A stretch of DNA of 58,199 nucleotides, from the NCBI RefSeq assembly GCF_001194135.2, contig NC_068998.1, positions 45,333,843 through 45,392,041 of the forward strand, in the 5' to 3' direction. Positions 23,118-36,032 of this stretch are shown here, in pieces. The stretch is from Octopus bimaculoides (taxonomy: Eukaryota). The notes under the pieces were generated by a model. The model saw nothing but the letters and a program-made list of their open reading frames with translations, did not search any database and had not been told where the DNA came from. Numbering within the stretch: the first letter of the stretch is position 1; every line of letters begins with the position of its first letter. Made by a program: the position numbers and the translations under genes.

Positions 23118-24050
23118 TTCATAATAATAATGGTTATAGTGGTGGTGATAGTAGTAATAGCAGTAGGAGGAGGAGTACTAGTAGTAGTAGCCACAGAAGA
23201 AGAAGAAGCAGTAGTAGTAGTAGTAGTTTAATTATGTCACTGAACACTGCGCATTTGTTGTCACATGTACCATATTTTTGGTAAAAACAACTGTTAATTT
23301 CCTTCAAACAAAACCGCGCAGCAATAATAATGACAAACCAACCTTTTACTGTTAGATTTCACAAAGTGAAAAAAAAACAAAAAAACCTTTTGTTGTTGAA
23401 ATATGAAGAAAGGCATTGTAAGCGAGAGGTGTCAACCATCTCCACCAGCAATTACAATAGAAAGATCAAATTTTTGAAAGAAAGAAAAATTGTTAATAAT
23501 TGCTATTGGTCATGAATGGCTTTTTTTGTTTTTGTTTTTTTTTTTTGATGATAGAGTTTGCAGCAAAATTGTTTCTTATTTTTATGTCCGTAAGAAACAA
23601 CTGGTAAATGATTTACAATTATTATGTTTTTCAATTTCCCAACTTCTGGCTATTGTCTTTTGCAACACAAAAATTCTATTATTACTGTGACAGGATATTT
23701 TTTTTCCCCACACACGGTTCAGCTTTGGTTTAAGAATGCAAAACATCTTTAATTTCACTGAAGTTTATCTTCAAGGTATAATATTTAATGCAACAGAGGT
23801 AAATTTTCCAATTCTGAGACCAGTGATATAAGCTACCTTGATTAGGGTAGTACCACTTCTGCTTTGTACGGAGCAGTTAATGGGTATCAGAAGCATGATT
23901 ACAGCTCTTTGAAATAGTTCCTTCCTTGGACTTTAATATTTGTATCAAAATATCACCTTTATATAATTATTATAAAAGTAAAGAATAAAAAGTTTTGAAT
24001 GGTACAACAATGCACTATAATACATGCATGGAGAGTTTGGGTATCTCATT

Positions 24051-24210
24051 GTGTATCAGGGCAATTACCCCCTAGGACAATTACCCCACTTGGTTAATTA
24101 CCTCCTCTCTAATATATTAAAATGTTTTAAGTCATCATCTATTGTCCTCCAGGGTAATTGTCCTTGGATGGGGTTATTGTCCATGGGAGGGTAAATGTCC
24201 CAGACTCATT
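24051..24210. mobile_element. Small palindromic MITE-like element with 3+3 subterminal repeats
   Basis: Three GG(A/C)AATTACCCC-like units on the left (24059-24106), three reverse-complement units on the right (24151-24200), AT-rich spacer. Confidence 0.65.
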
Positions 24211-27200
24211 TCATCAACTGTTAATGCTCATTATGCCAAGATCTTTGTAAATAAATTAGCAATAATCAGTCTCAACATACTTATTGGAGCCACCGTCAGA
24301 AATTACACAATTACTACCCATCAGAACTTCTACTACCTAACCCTTTGACCACATACCAACAATGTCACCTCTACAGACCAGCGGCCTCAATGCCACCAAC
24401 TGTTAACCACAGATATCACCACTTCTGTCTGTACTATCACTTCTACAAAACATCATTTTCAACAATAGTTTGTGTAGTCAATGTGTTTTCTCTGTCTTTA
24501 TCAACAAATTCAACTACCATCAGCAGCAGTAAATCTTTTTGAGTACAGACCAATCTCTCCTCCTCCTCCTCCTCCTCCTCCATCATTTCATCAATATCAG
24601 TTTACCTGTTCATTTTCCATTCTTTTATCATAAACAATATGATTCCTCTCTCTCTCTCTCTCATTTGCTGGTCTTTCTTCATTCCAGATGCTATGTAAAT
24701 GGTTGATATTGATGACGGTGATGACTAGTTGTGACGATGATGACAGTGGATTGTTGATAATGAAAATAGTATTTGTCTTTATTACATTTTTTTTTTAATT
24801 ACACTTCGTCTTCTATGGCTGTGTAACATGTTGAAGAGAGCATCATGATAATGATGATGATAATGGAAAGCCAGATTATGAGCAGGAAAAGCAGAATAGA
24901 TTTACACCTATACAAACTTGAGTGTTTCTTTTAATTTTTCTCTTTTCATATTTATTATAATTATTGTTGTTAAGAAATCATTATTATTATTATTATTATT
25001 ATTATAATTTGCATTCGATTGAATGTATGTCTGTAGTCCATAATTGTCTATAGACTTAGCCGTGGCAGGTTTACATTAACGAGCTTTTGTAAATTAGTGT
25101 AGTGGTGAAGCTGGAAGTAATCATCTTAAAAGCAGCATTTTTTATGAAAGAAAATAGCCTGTCTGAAAAAAAAAAAAAAAACAGTAAAAAAAAAGAAAAG
25201 AAAAAAATCAGTGAAGTAGCATTCAGTTATCTAACAATGACTTTCATATTCATTTACTTTCAACTTAAAATTCTCTCTCTCTCTCTCACAATCTATCTAT
25301 GTATCTATCTGTCTGCATCTATCTCTGTCTTTCTATATTGTATTCTTTATTTTGATAAGTTGTCTGAAAAACAGTTGAGAACATTTAAAAAAAAAAAAAT
25401 CTAGAATCCTTATGCAGTTCTTCTAACATTGAGGTAAAAAAAATATAACCTGTAGTATTCATGTATTCCTAATGATTTCTCAGAAGACCAATTGCTGAAA
25501 AGAGAAAAGATATAGCTGATTAGATCACCATACCCCTAACATATTTAAATACTTATTCTACTGACCCCACAAAAATGATGCAAGGTAAGGCTAAGATAAA
25601 TAAGATTTCAACTACAAACTAGAAAAGCGAATGGCTAAAGATTTTTCTGCGTTTAGTTTCTGTTCTAATTAGTAACTAGCTAACTTCACTCTTGCCTTTA
25701 ATTATATTAAAGCTACAATTCAGAGAAATTCAATGTAAGAATCCTCTCTTGAAAAGCCATGAAAATGATTGACCCAGGGCTGTAAAAAAGTAATTGACAA
25801 CTATTGCTAAGTGTTTAGCCAACTACAATGTCTCGGTATGAATAGGATATACAACTGGGATTGAACTTGTATAAACCGTTTAAAAAATTTTTCTCTCTTT
25901 ACTCCTTATTCAGAGATTTCTTAAATTTGTTTAAGTCACTGTGTCTTTAGATTACATGATAAAGATGTTGATAATGATGGTGCTGGTAATGATGATGATG
26001 ATTGGTGGTGCCACTGTTACTTGAGACAATACTAAGCCTTAATTTTTATGCTTTTATGAAAATTTGAACTCAAGCATTTCTTCCTTCTTTCATTTTCATT
26101 AATTATACACAGTTGCTGATGTATTTGCTTAGTGTAATTTTTTATATCTTTAATGGACTGCAATGACATGAATTAAATGTCTTAGCACAGCATCAGAATT
26201 AACACTGATATTATCAACCCTTTGTTCTGTAGACTTTTGCTCAATTTACGCATCCAGCTGTGTAAGAACACCATCAACAGTAACTAAGTTCATCAACTTA
26301 ATGTTTATTATTTAAATATACATTATTATAATTTTATAGTATGAAGACAGACAGAACATATGAATAATACCAAACTCATTATTTTTATCATCTAGTTTCT
26401 CTATTTCTGTCTACACGTGCTATAAAAACTGATTTTGCTGTGAACTTTTGTTTAATCCATTTTTAATAATGTTTCACGTTTATCATATTTTAGAATTCTT
26501 TTCTGTTAGGGGAATTTAATAATTGTAAATTTGTAAACAGTTTTTATATGTTTTTCGTCAATTTAGTGACATGTCTGTCCATTTCTTGAAGAGGCAGGAG
26601 GTAAAGTTGAAGAATTGTCATTCTCTTGGTCAAAAACTGATGCCTCATTATTGAAAACATAGGCAATCCTATCAGTTCTTCCAACACTAGATTTCCATAA
26701 TATTAGCTGCTAATTAAACAAATGTTAATTTCCTTGTACTTCAATTTTCTAATGCAAGCTGGAATAACTTTTAGACAATTACATGTTGCCAGTAATTATT
26801 TGTCATTTGCTATCTCTAATCAATGAACCATGCAGTGGAATTGAATCTGATTTATCATTGACAGAGATTGAAGCAAACAGGGTTAATAGCCTTGCTCAAG
26901 GGTACAATACAACAGCATTAATATTTCTCTAGAAAGTTCTTCTATTATATTTCTATTCACATCTAAGAAGCATTATAGGCATATAAATCATAACCAATAC
27001 TTGATGTGTACATTATTTTATCAATTCTGGATCGATGAAAAGCAAAGCTGACCTCAGTGGAATTTCAGTTGATAATGTGAAGGGCAATAACTAAACATTG
27101 CAAGGCTTATTTTGTTCAACACTCTACTGATTGTAGCTGTCCATCACTTTATTTACTTTCATCACTCGTCTGTCATTTGTCTTAATATCAAATTTCAATT

Positions 27201-27514
27201 GTCTTTTGTTAACAAGGTTAGTATTATATGATTATAATTTTACGAACAATTAACCTCATCTTTAGAGAAGAAACATTTTTCTTAATATCTATACACCATT
27301 TTTATCGATTTGGTCTGCAATCATCTTCAGGTGTCTTGTTCATGGGTATGTATATAATAGTAGACTGGATTCAAACTAGAAAACTTTATCTCTAAACTAA
27401 TGGTCATTCCAAGTTCAAATCTAGTCTGCTACTGAACACACAGCCATGAATAAGGCCTCTGGTGATAACTGGAGATCAAATCATTGAAACACAGGGTACA
27501 TGTGAATAGTGATT

Positions 27515-27950
27515 TCAAGTTTTGGCATAAGGCCAGCAATTCTGAGGAAACGGGAAAGCAGATTACATCGACCCCAGTACTCAATTGGTACTTATATTTT
27601 CAACCCTAAAAGGATAAAAGGCAAAGTCAACCCTGGTGGCATTTGAACTCAGAACATAAAGTTGGAAGCAAAACTGCTAAGCATTCTCTCAGTAACGATT
27701 CTGCCAGCTTGCCACCATAATAAATGTAAATATTCATTTCAAATTTTTGTACAAGGCCAGCAATTTGGGGGAAGGGAGGAAGTCGACTACATCAACCCCA
27801 ATACTCAACTGGTACTTATTTTATTGATCCCGAAAAGATCAAAGGCAAAATCAACCTTGGCAGAATTTGAACTCAAGACATGAAGACAGACAAAATGCCA
27901 CAAAGCATTTCGCCCAGTGTGTTAACAGTTCTGCCATCTTGCCACCTTAA
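27515..27950 (-). mobile_element. Two tandem family-B SINEs
   Basis: Two successive AAGGCCAGCAAT...ATCGACCCCA...AAAGGCAAA.TCAACC...ATTTGAACTCA...GATTCTGCCA units. A further decayed copy lies at about 26995-27145. Confidence 0.85.
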
Positions 27951-28374
27951 TAAAGATGAATAGTCCAAAAATTATATCAACACTAACTCACCTCAAGCAT
28001 TTAGTTATTTAAGGTTAATTTTAACTGCTATTGCAATAACTCTGTAATGATAAAACGTTATGTTCTACTCTTTAAACCTCACTACCCTTCCTCTTAAACC
28101 AACAGTCCTTTGTTTGCTTCACAAGCTGCCCTTGTAATATTTACTTTTCTATTCCTTTGTTTTCTTTTGCTGTTTTTGTCTACTTTCCACTGATCTTTCT
28201 TATAAATAACCTTCAGTGCTCTTCACTTATCCTAATGCATCTTTGAAAAGGTTGAAAAGCTAATATGCCTTTCCCAAAGATTATTAACAACTTGACTTAT
28301 CTATAACTATGATTGAAACTACACTTCTTGGAGCCTAGTCAAACATTGAATTCTTTGTCATATTAGTATTTCTT

Positions 28375-28565
28375 GATTTAAACAAGCCATATCCAGCCAA
28401 AATATTCTACCTATTTTATGTTCAAACTTAGTAGATCTGGCTTCTAACACCTATCTTAAAGTCATTCTTAAAATAAACAATCACATCATCAAAATCTTGA
28501 AGCTACAGGATAACACATTATTAATTCCAAAACAACGTGAATAAATAAACATTATCTTTGACAAA
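28375..28565 (+). mobile_element. Partial copy of the MITE at 45384-45610
   Basis: Shares CCATATCC.GC..AAATATTCTACCT, AAAATCTTGAAGCTACA.GATAA and AAAACAA.GT.AATAAA.AA with 45408-45570. Confidence 0.75.
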
Positions 28566-29321
28566 GGATTGATTGAAAAAAGAAAGGGAGAGAGAGAAAG
28601 AGAGAATGTATGTGTCTAAATCCTTACAGGTAATGCAAAGTATAATGGACAAATGCTACTATATCTGTGAAATAAAGAGAGATGCTCCATCTTTATATTT
28701 CCTTGATAGAAGCAGTCTTTAAAACATTGTATCATGAATATAGCTCATTGTGTATGGTCCTCGTGGCTATATAAACACTCTCTGCTGAATCTCCTTGGAA
28801 TCATTGGATCATTAAACAACTACCAGCAATGTAATGAATAGTGGATCCATAAACCCACACTGCTAAAGCGAAAAAAAATTGACCAGGTATCTAAGTGAGA
28901 ATCTCTAACTACATTTTGATGTTGCTGGTATTTTATGTGCATGTGTGTGTGTGTTTGTACACATACATATATACATACAAATGCATACATATACATACAT
29001 ACAAATACTCACACACATGTGATTAGAGTTTAGCCTTGGGTACGGTAAGAGCCACCAATGAGAATTAAGATGCTCTGCATCAAAATTTAAAATCACTGAT
29101 GATCTGGTTATATCTACTAGGGAACTTGTCTCCCTTGTCAGTCATTAAAATGGTGCCTCTGTCGCAATTGAATTGTTTTGACTCTTACTTCTAGCAACGC
29201 TAGTACTACTTACTAGCCTCTGTCACTTGAGTGACATCTATAAATTTGCCTTTAGTTTGCTAAATTGCTAATTAGCCACCCATATTATTTATATACACAC
29301 CTATATAAAAGTGCATATTTG

Positions 29322-29690
29322 TTGTTGGCACTCCATCGCTTACGACGATCAACAGAACAAACAGCCTGCTTGTGAAATTAACATGCAAGTGGCTGAGCAC
29401 TCCACAGACACGTATACCCTTAACGTAGTTCTCAGGGATATTCAGCGTGACACAGTGTGACAAGGCTGGCCCTTTAAATTACAGGCACAACAGAAACAGG
29501 AAGTAAGAGTGAGAGAAAGTTGTGGTGAAAGAGTACAGCAGAGTTCGCCAACATCCCCTGCCAGAGCCTCGTGGAGCTTTTAGGTGTTTTCACTCAATAA
29601 ACACTCACAACACCCAGTCTGGGAATCGAAACCGTGATCCTATGACTGTGAGTCCGCTGCCCTAACCACTGGGCCATTGCACCTCCACAT
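29322..29690 (-). mobile_element. tRNA-derived SINE with Arg-like head (same family as 51443-51830)
   Basis: Reverse complement of 51443-51830. The tRNA-like head resembles the octopus OR-type SINEs (recalled). Confidence 0.9.
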
Positions 29691-31371
29691 AAAAGTACAT
29701 ATATATAGTAGTAAAGAAACATATTGCATGTGTTTACAAAATAATATTAGTAGAAAAATGAGAAATCAAGTCAGCATTTTTATTGTATTGCGTACAAAAA
29801 TAACTTTTGTTGGGAGATAAATGAGAGAAATATACATTTCTGTCCATGATATTATAATGATGTTGTTTAATTATTGTTGTTGTTGCTATCACTATTACCA
29901 AAGTAGCTTTATACGAAACCATTACTATACTTAATTTCTTTAAACATATTTTTGAATTTATTAATTTCATGTAACAATAAGCATGAAATTGAATCTCATT
30001 TTCTCCTCGTTGTCCTTTGCAATAAAATAGTGATAAACTGCATGTATATTATGCAAATACACACAGACACATATATATACATACACACTCACACACACGT
30101 GTGTGAGTGTGTTTATGTTTGCAATATAAAATATATATATCGATTGTTTATTACCATGCACACTCTTTCTTAAAAGGCTTTCTTGGCTTCTGCGAGACAC
30201 ACAACTATATAAACTTGTTTTTTTTTATTTTTAAATTTCATGCATGTATGTGTAATAAAAATAAATTATTTATGTGACCCATATATAAAATATAGAGAGA
30301 AAAGAGCTCATACGTCTGTATATTTATGATTAATCATAGTTAGTGTTTTCCATCAATGACATGACTATTTTTGACTTACAAGAGAACACTGAAGCACTAA
30401 TATTTCTAGTATTTATGCCTTTGCCAGAGCCATTAACAACCACATATCAATACAAGAATTGAAACCAGGTTACTAGGAACTTAGCCGAACACTTCATTTT
30501 TTTTGTCAATATATTTGTATTTCTTGATTAATTAAATGTGGAGAGAGAGAGGGGGGTGATAGAGAGAGGGGGTGAGAGAGAGAGGGGGTGAGAGAGAGAG
30601 GGGGTGAGAGAGTGGGTGGGTCTGAGTATGTTTGTGAGTGTGTGGTTGGTCGGTTGGTTGGTTGGTTGTGTAAGTCATATAATGCAAAGCATGTGTTACT
30701 TTTTTTTTTTTACTTCCAGCAGACAATGTATACACTTGCAGTATATGTAGCTTTCTTTGCCGCCAAATTAAAAGGTTTAACCACACTGAGGTGTACATGA
30801 GGTGCCACTGTTCTGCTTAGAAATGCCAAGCTTGCTGGTACCAATGATAACTAGCCAACAGATAACCAATTAGAAGCAAATAAAGATATAAAATAATATT
30901 AAGATTAACAAAACCAAATATTGTAATTGTCAGAAATGTAGGAAATGTATCAATTGTTCTGAAATTTGAACAACTGAAGTGATTGATACGCTATATATTT
31001 TGTAAAGACTCTGAAAAATTATCAAGAAATATCAACATAAGCCTCTGAAAATAGCAGTTTGTAAATGTTTTATTAGAGTTGTCTAAACTGAAAATATTGA
31101 CCTTGAACTTTTGGGCACATCTACCATGATATAATTCATATTTTGGCTGAAGAACCACCACCATCATTAATATTCATGTTCATTCATCAACATTAATCAA
31201 CTTTGTCATTCATTTGATGTTTTTAGTCGCATGATTTGTGCAATGACTTATAGTAAACTCCCTGTACAATTGTTTCTGTAGTCTCTTTAGCAATGTATCT
31301 GATGTGAGTTGACCTAATATAAGAAATAAAAATCACAGCTAATAATCATACTAATAATCCTTTCTATCTTT

Positions 31372-31582
31372 CTATTAATAGGCACAAGGCCTGACATTTT
31401 TTTAGGGGATGGGGCTAGTTAATTATATCAACCCCAGTGCTCAACTAGTACTAAATTCATTGACCTTGAAAGGACAAAGGGTAAAGTCGACTCGGCAGCA
31501 TTTGAACTCACTATGTAAAGATGAATGGAACGCTGCTAAAGATTTTGTCTAGCGTGCTAAAGATTCTTCTATCTCACCACCT
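31372..31582 (-). mobile_element. Family-B SINE
   Basis: GGCACAAGGCCTGA...CAACCCCAG...GAAAGGA...AAAGTCGAC...ATTTGAACTC. Confidence 0.8.
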
Positions 31583-31610
31583 TAATAATAATAATAATAA
31601 TAATAATAAC

Positions 31611-31644
<34 letters not shown>

Positions 31645-31755
31645 GCCCTGATGCTCTAGCTCTCATAGCTTCTGATCTTAACTGATTGGAAGTGTTATCA
31701 TGTCTTAGACTACAGAAAACATTCTGCTCAATGCACTGATGCTTGTTTACAAGCA
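31583..31755 (-). mobile_element. 3' end with (ATT)n tail of the long non-coding repeat seen at 55792-56265
   Basis: Reverse complement CAAGCA...ATTGAGCAGAATGTTTTCTGTAG overlaps 56212-56250, then runs through ...CATCAGGGCATTT into (ATT)n. Confidence 0.6.
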
Positions 31756-32004
31756 TCCCTTAATATCTAGACAAGGGTACATCCAAACATGTATATGTGT
31801 GTGGATTATGAAATCCACTCATAACGCTTTTTGTAGAAAATCTTGTGCTATTGTAGAAAATCTTGCCCAAGGTACTGTACAGTAGGACTGAACCCAAGAC
31901 TACATGGTAAGAAATCAAGTCTCTTAATCACACAGACATACCAATGCCCATCAAGAAAGGTCATGATTAATGACTAAATCACTTTGTGTGTGTGTGCATG
32001 TATG

Positions 32005-32112
<108 letters not shown>

Positions 32113-32668
32113 GATTCAGTCATCCATCATGGCATTTCATTAATAACAGGAGATGAAAGGAAATTATAATGACTCAGTTTTAAAATTGCATGTTGCCATT
32201 TTCTGAGGTTTCTGGAATGAGAGTTTATCTTGGAGAAGAAAACCGAATAAACACATTCCATGAAAATAGGTATCAGTGATATTCAAAAATGCTCTGGAGT
32301 AATAAGTAACAATACCAAAAACAGAAATTAAAACATTAAATTAATGTAAAACTTTTGTTTATTAAGTAAGCCTAACAGATTATATTTTTACTATAATTCA
32401 TAAAAATCTACACCTTAGAAATTCATATGGACATTGGTTTTGTTCTTCTTTATTCTAAATGTTGACAGAAATAAAGTATTCTGAAATATGAGACTCTGAA
32501 ATGACATGGGCAGAGGGGCACAATACTGGATTTTCTATTCATTAATAGTGAGTTCAAAGCCCAGTCTTACTTCCCTCTTAATTCTTCTTCCTCACAACTA
32601 CATCCTTCTCCACAGCTGACAGCAGCTAGTTTTTTTTATGTAGAAGTCAAACCAAAATTTATTTACAT

Positions 32669-32799
32669 TAAAGAATCAAAATTTTAGAATGCACTATAGA
32701 ATAAAAAATGGACTATATACCTGTTGTAATTTGATTATCTATAGTCCATTTTTTATTCTATAGTGCATTGTTGTACCATTCTAAAATTTTGTTTCTTTA
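32669..32799. mobile_element. Short fold-back (MITE-like) hairpin element
   Basis: Arms 32669-32717 and 32740-32799 are reverse complements except for a short block (GGTACAACAA region) absent from the left arm; 22-nt loop. A related fragment lies at about 23981-24020. Confidence 0.75.
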
Positions 32800-33664
32800 C
32801 AAACAATAAACAATGCTTCAATCGAACTACAATACTCTCTTATTTACATTAGTCCCTGTATCTTAGTCTATATTACCTGGAGAAGAACTCTCTGTTTTCT
32901 TTGGGATAACTGTTCATAAAAAAATGTTTGCTGTAGGTGACCTGTGATATTTTTTGCAGAGTATCATAATATGAGGTCTCAATTAGCAAAGTTATCAGGC
33001 ACAGGTATCAAGCAAATCTACTGGGAATGCTACATATGATAACTTGGTGTTCTATCCAAACAGAAATCAATCTCTAATTCACTTAACAACACTGCAGAAT
33101 CTGAAGTTCACCACTGAATTTAATGGATTTGTTGTGGCTTGTAGAGATATTATTTTATCAAACAAGTTCCTTAATTATAGAGATTGAATTTAGTTTGTTA
33201 ACATTTATTTTTAACAACAAATAAACATGCATAATGGCAAAATACACTACAGACATAAGGAGTTGCTTTAAGTATAATTGCAATAGAAAATAATGGCAAA
33301 CACTGTTTAAGAAAAGAATTGAAAGATTTTCATGGAACTAAAATATTTGACAAATAACAACCTAGTCAGGTGGCCCATGTTATATCATAGCTGTAAATTC
33401 CATCATGCAGCACATCAAACTGCTTTCGGTATATATTTTTTTTTTTTGGTGTTGTTGCTTTTATTTTGTCATCTGATGATTATCTTGAGATTATCAAGTA
33501 ATGAAACTTCAAGTTACAATTTATAATGACTAATACTCTACTACTATAATATCAATTCACTCCTATATACGTGTGTGTGTGTGTGTACTAGGCATTCTAA
33601 TTTTGTTTCTGTGTTAATATCTACTCAATCAAAAGGGATCATAAGTCTTGCAAGCCACATGGAA

Positions 33665-33875
33665 AGCTCACTAGTGCTGGTGCTATGTAAAAAAAAAAAA
33701 CCACCTACTTTCATGCAGCAAAATGGTTGGCATTAGGAAGTGCATCAAACTGTAGAAACCATGCCAAAGCAGACATGGGAGTATGATGTAGTCCTTGAAC
33801 CCATCAGATTGCCAATCTGTCCAACATGTGCCAGCATGGGATACAGCCATTAAATGATGATGATGATGATGATAT
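33665..33875 (+). mobile_element. Diverged family C element with (GAT)n tail
   Basis: TGGTTGGCATTAGGAAG.GCATC...CTGTAGAAACCATGCC...GCCAGCATGG...TTAAATGATGATGATG. Confidence 0.8.
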
Positions 33876-34428
33876 ATGTATTATGTATGTATGTATTTGC
33901 AAGCGAGAAAGAGAGATGAACAAACCATGCATCGTTCCTCTGAAAGTAGAGAAACTGTGCTCTAAACTTAGGATATAAGTTCACTCTATGTTTATTCCAT
34001 TAACTACATTAAATATGAGGTGTGATGAGAGAAATGTTGAAAATAGAGAGATAACCGAAGCTATATAGTCTTTCTAGTATTCAATGCTTCTTTTCTGTGT
34101 GGTTATATTCTCTCATCATAGATTGAACAGTAAACATGGAGAGATTGTCAAGGCAGTAAAGAAAAACATTCACTTTTTTCTTCTCTCCTCTCCTTTCTCC
34201 CATTTTTTTCTACTTTTTTTTTAGTCAACAAATATATATATATATTTTTTTTATTATGTCTATCAGATTGCAATATAAATTACCTTCGCTTTCTTCCTTT
34301 TTTTTTTGTTTTGTTTGCTGTTGTCTTTCTCATATTCATCTTCAAAGACAGGATCATAGGATGTTAAACCTTTCTTCTTTCTTTTGTGTGTTCACTACAC
34401 TTGCGTATGTACATGTGTGCACAAACAT

Positions 34429-34472
<44 letters not shown>

Positions 34473-34482
34473 NNNNNNNNNN

Positions 34483-34515
<33 letters not shown>

Positions 34516-35810
34516 GCACACACATGTACACAGTTTTACAGGATGACTATACACATATTAACTACCAGTTACACAGTAATAGCCCAGGTCATTAGATTAA
34601 CTTTGTGTACCATATATCTTCATTTCTCTCTCTCTTTCTCTCTCTCTCTCGCACCTTCCCCGCACACACCCTTCACTAACTGATTCACTTTCACTTCACT
34701 GTTATTACCCATTTTCTTTGTTACTATTCACTTATTTCCTTATTGTTTTAACTTGCTATTTTACTTTCAATTTTGTTTTATTACATCTAATTCTTCTTCT
34801 TACATTACTTCAGCGTTTTTTTTTTGTTTTTTTTAACTGTCTTTTCTTACTGCTTGCCTCTCTTCCTTCCTATTCTTCACTTGCAGTAGTTCTTCTTCTT
34901 CTTTCTCTTCACTCTCATTATTAGATCACAAGAATAAATTGGAAAGTGAGTAACAATCTGCTAATGTGATTATAGGCAACCATTTCTTGCCTCTGATAGT
35001 TGCTCATTTAGAGTATCTGTTGATACTACATTTCTTATATAAAAATCTTTGTACAGTTGACTTTGTTACTGTTATCTGTTTCCAGAAAACTTCTATTATG
35101 AAGACCAGCCTCTGGTTAATGACTTTAGCTTTAAAACATTCTTTCTACCATTGCTTCTTTGATTCAGATCTATTATGATAAATCTCAAAATACAAGCTTA
35201 ATAAAACATTCCCGCCCCGTTTAATATCCTGTGGATTGAGCTACTATGTTCTTCTTAAGTTAGCTTATATTATACTATAATTTCATATTTATGTTGAATG
35301 ATACTGTTGAAATAAACTTCTTTTCTTTAACTTTTCTTATACTAGTGGAGGGGTGAATAGTTTGTAATTTCAAATATTCTGCAAGCATTTTGTTCTGTTT
35401 CTGAACAGGCTATGCTATCCTGCTATCTCTTCCTATGCTGTCTCTTCAACTAGTTGCTGAGAAAATATTCGAGTTTGCTCTAAGAAGACTTTTGTAATGT
35501 TATAACAAGGAACATGTTTGTTTCTCATGTGCTTAACGTCCACAGTAATGAGGAATTAAGCATCAACCACACGGTTCCCAGAAAATTCAGGGAATTGCTT
35601 GTTTTGCTAACTCCTAAAACAGATGTTAGTTTCATTAAAACCATTTGTGAATGGAAGTATCTACCATGCTTCAAGTCTGAGATTTTAAACTTAAATATTT
35701 ATCTTTTGTTCCATTTTTGAGTTCACATCTTTTCACTTTTCCATGATAATTTCTTAATACCAGCAAAAAAAAAAAGGTAAAGAATGTTTTTCTTTACCTA
35801 CCAGGCTTAA

Positions 35811-36032
35811 CCCTTTCGTTATCATATTTATTTTGAGATGCACTGTGTTTCTTTCAATTAATTTTAAATATAACAAAAAATTTAGTAAAATAACTTAGTT
35901 ATCATTAAACCGGTATTAGGAGCATAAATTGTGACTAAGGTTTGGTGGAAGATTTTAATTCAAAACTTATGAAAACATGACATTTGTAATATAGAGCCAG
36001 AGGCAGTTTCAGCTGGGTTGGTATTGAAAGGG
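35811..36032. mobile_element. piggyBac-like MITE (TTAA|CCC...GGG|TTA)
   Basis: TTAA CCCTTTCGTT start and GAAAGGG TTAT end; collinear with 40106-40326. Confidence 0.85.

Noticed and set aside
22132-25150. Resemblance of HGFDRDG and NAAFK to CRAL-TRIO (MOSPD2-like) motifs
   Set aside because: The motifs are in the wrong order on the strand and too short to be significant.
30720-30820. C2H2-like plus-strand string YTCSICSFLCRQIKRFNH after a strong acceptor
   Set aside because: His spacing is wrong, there is no second His, and there is no finger array.
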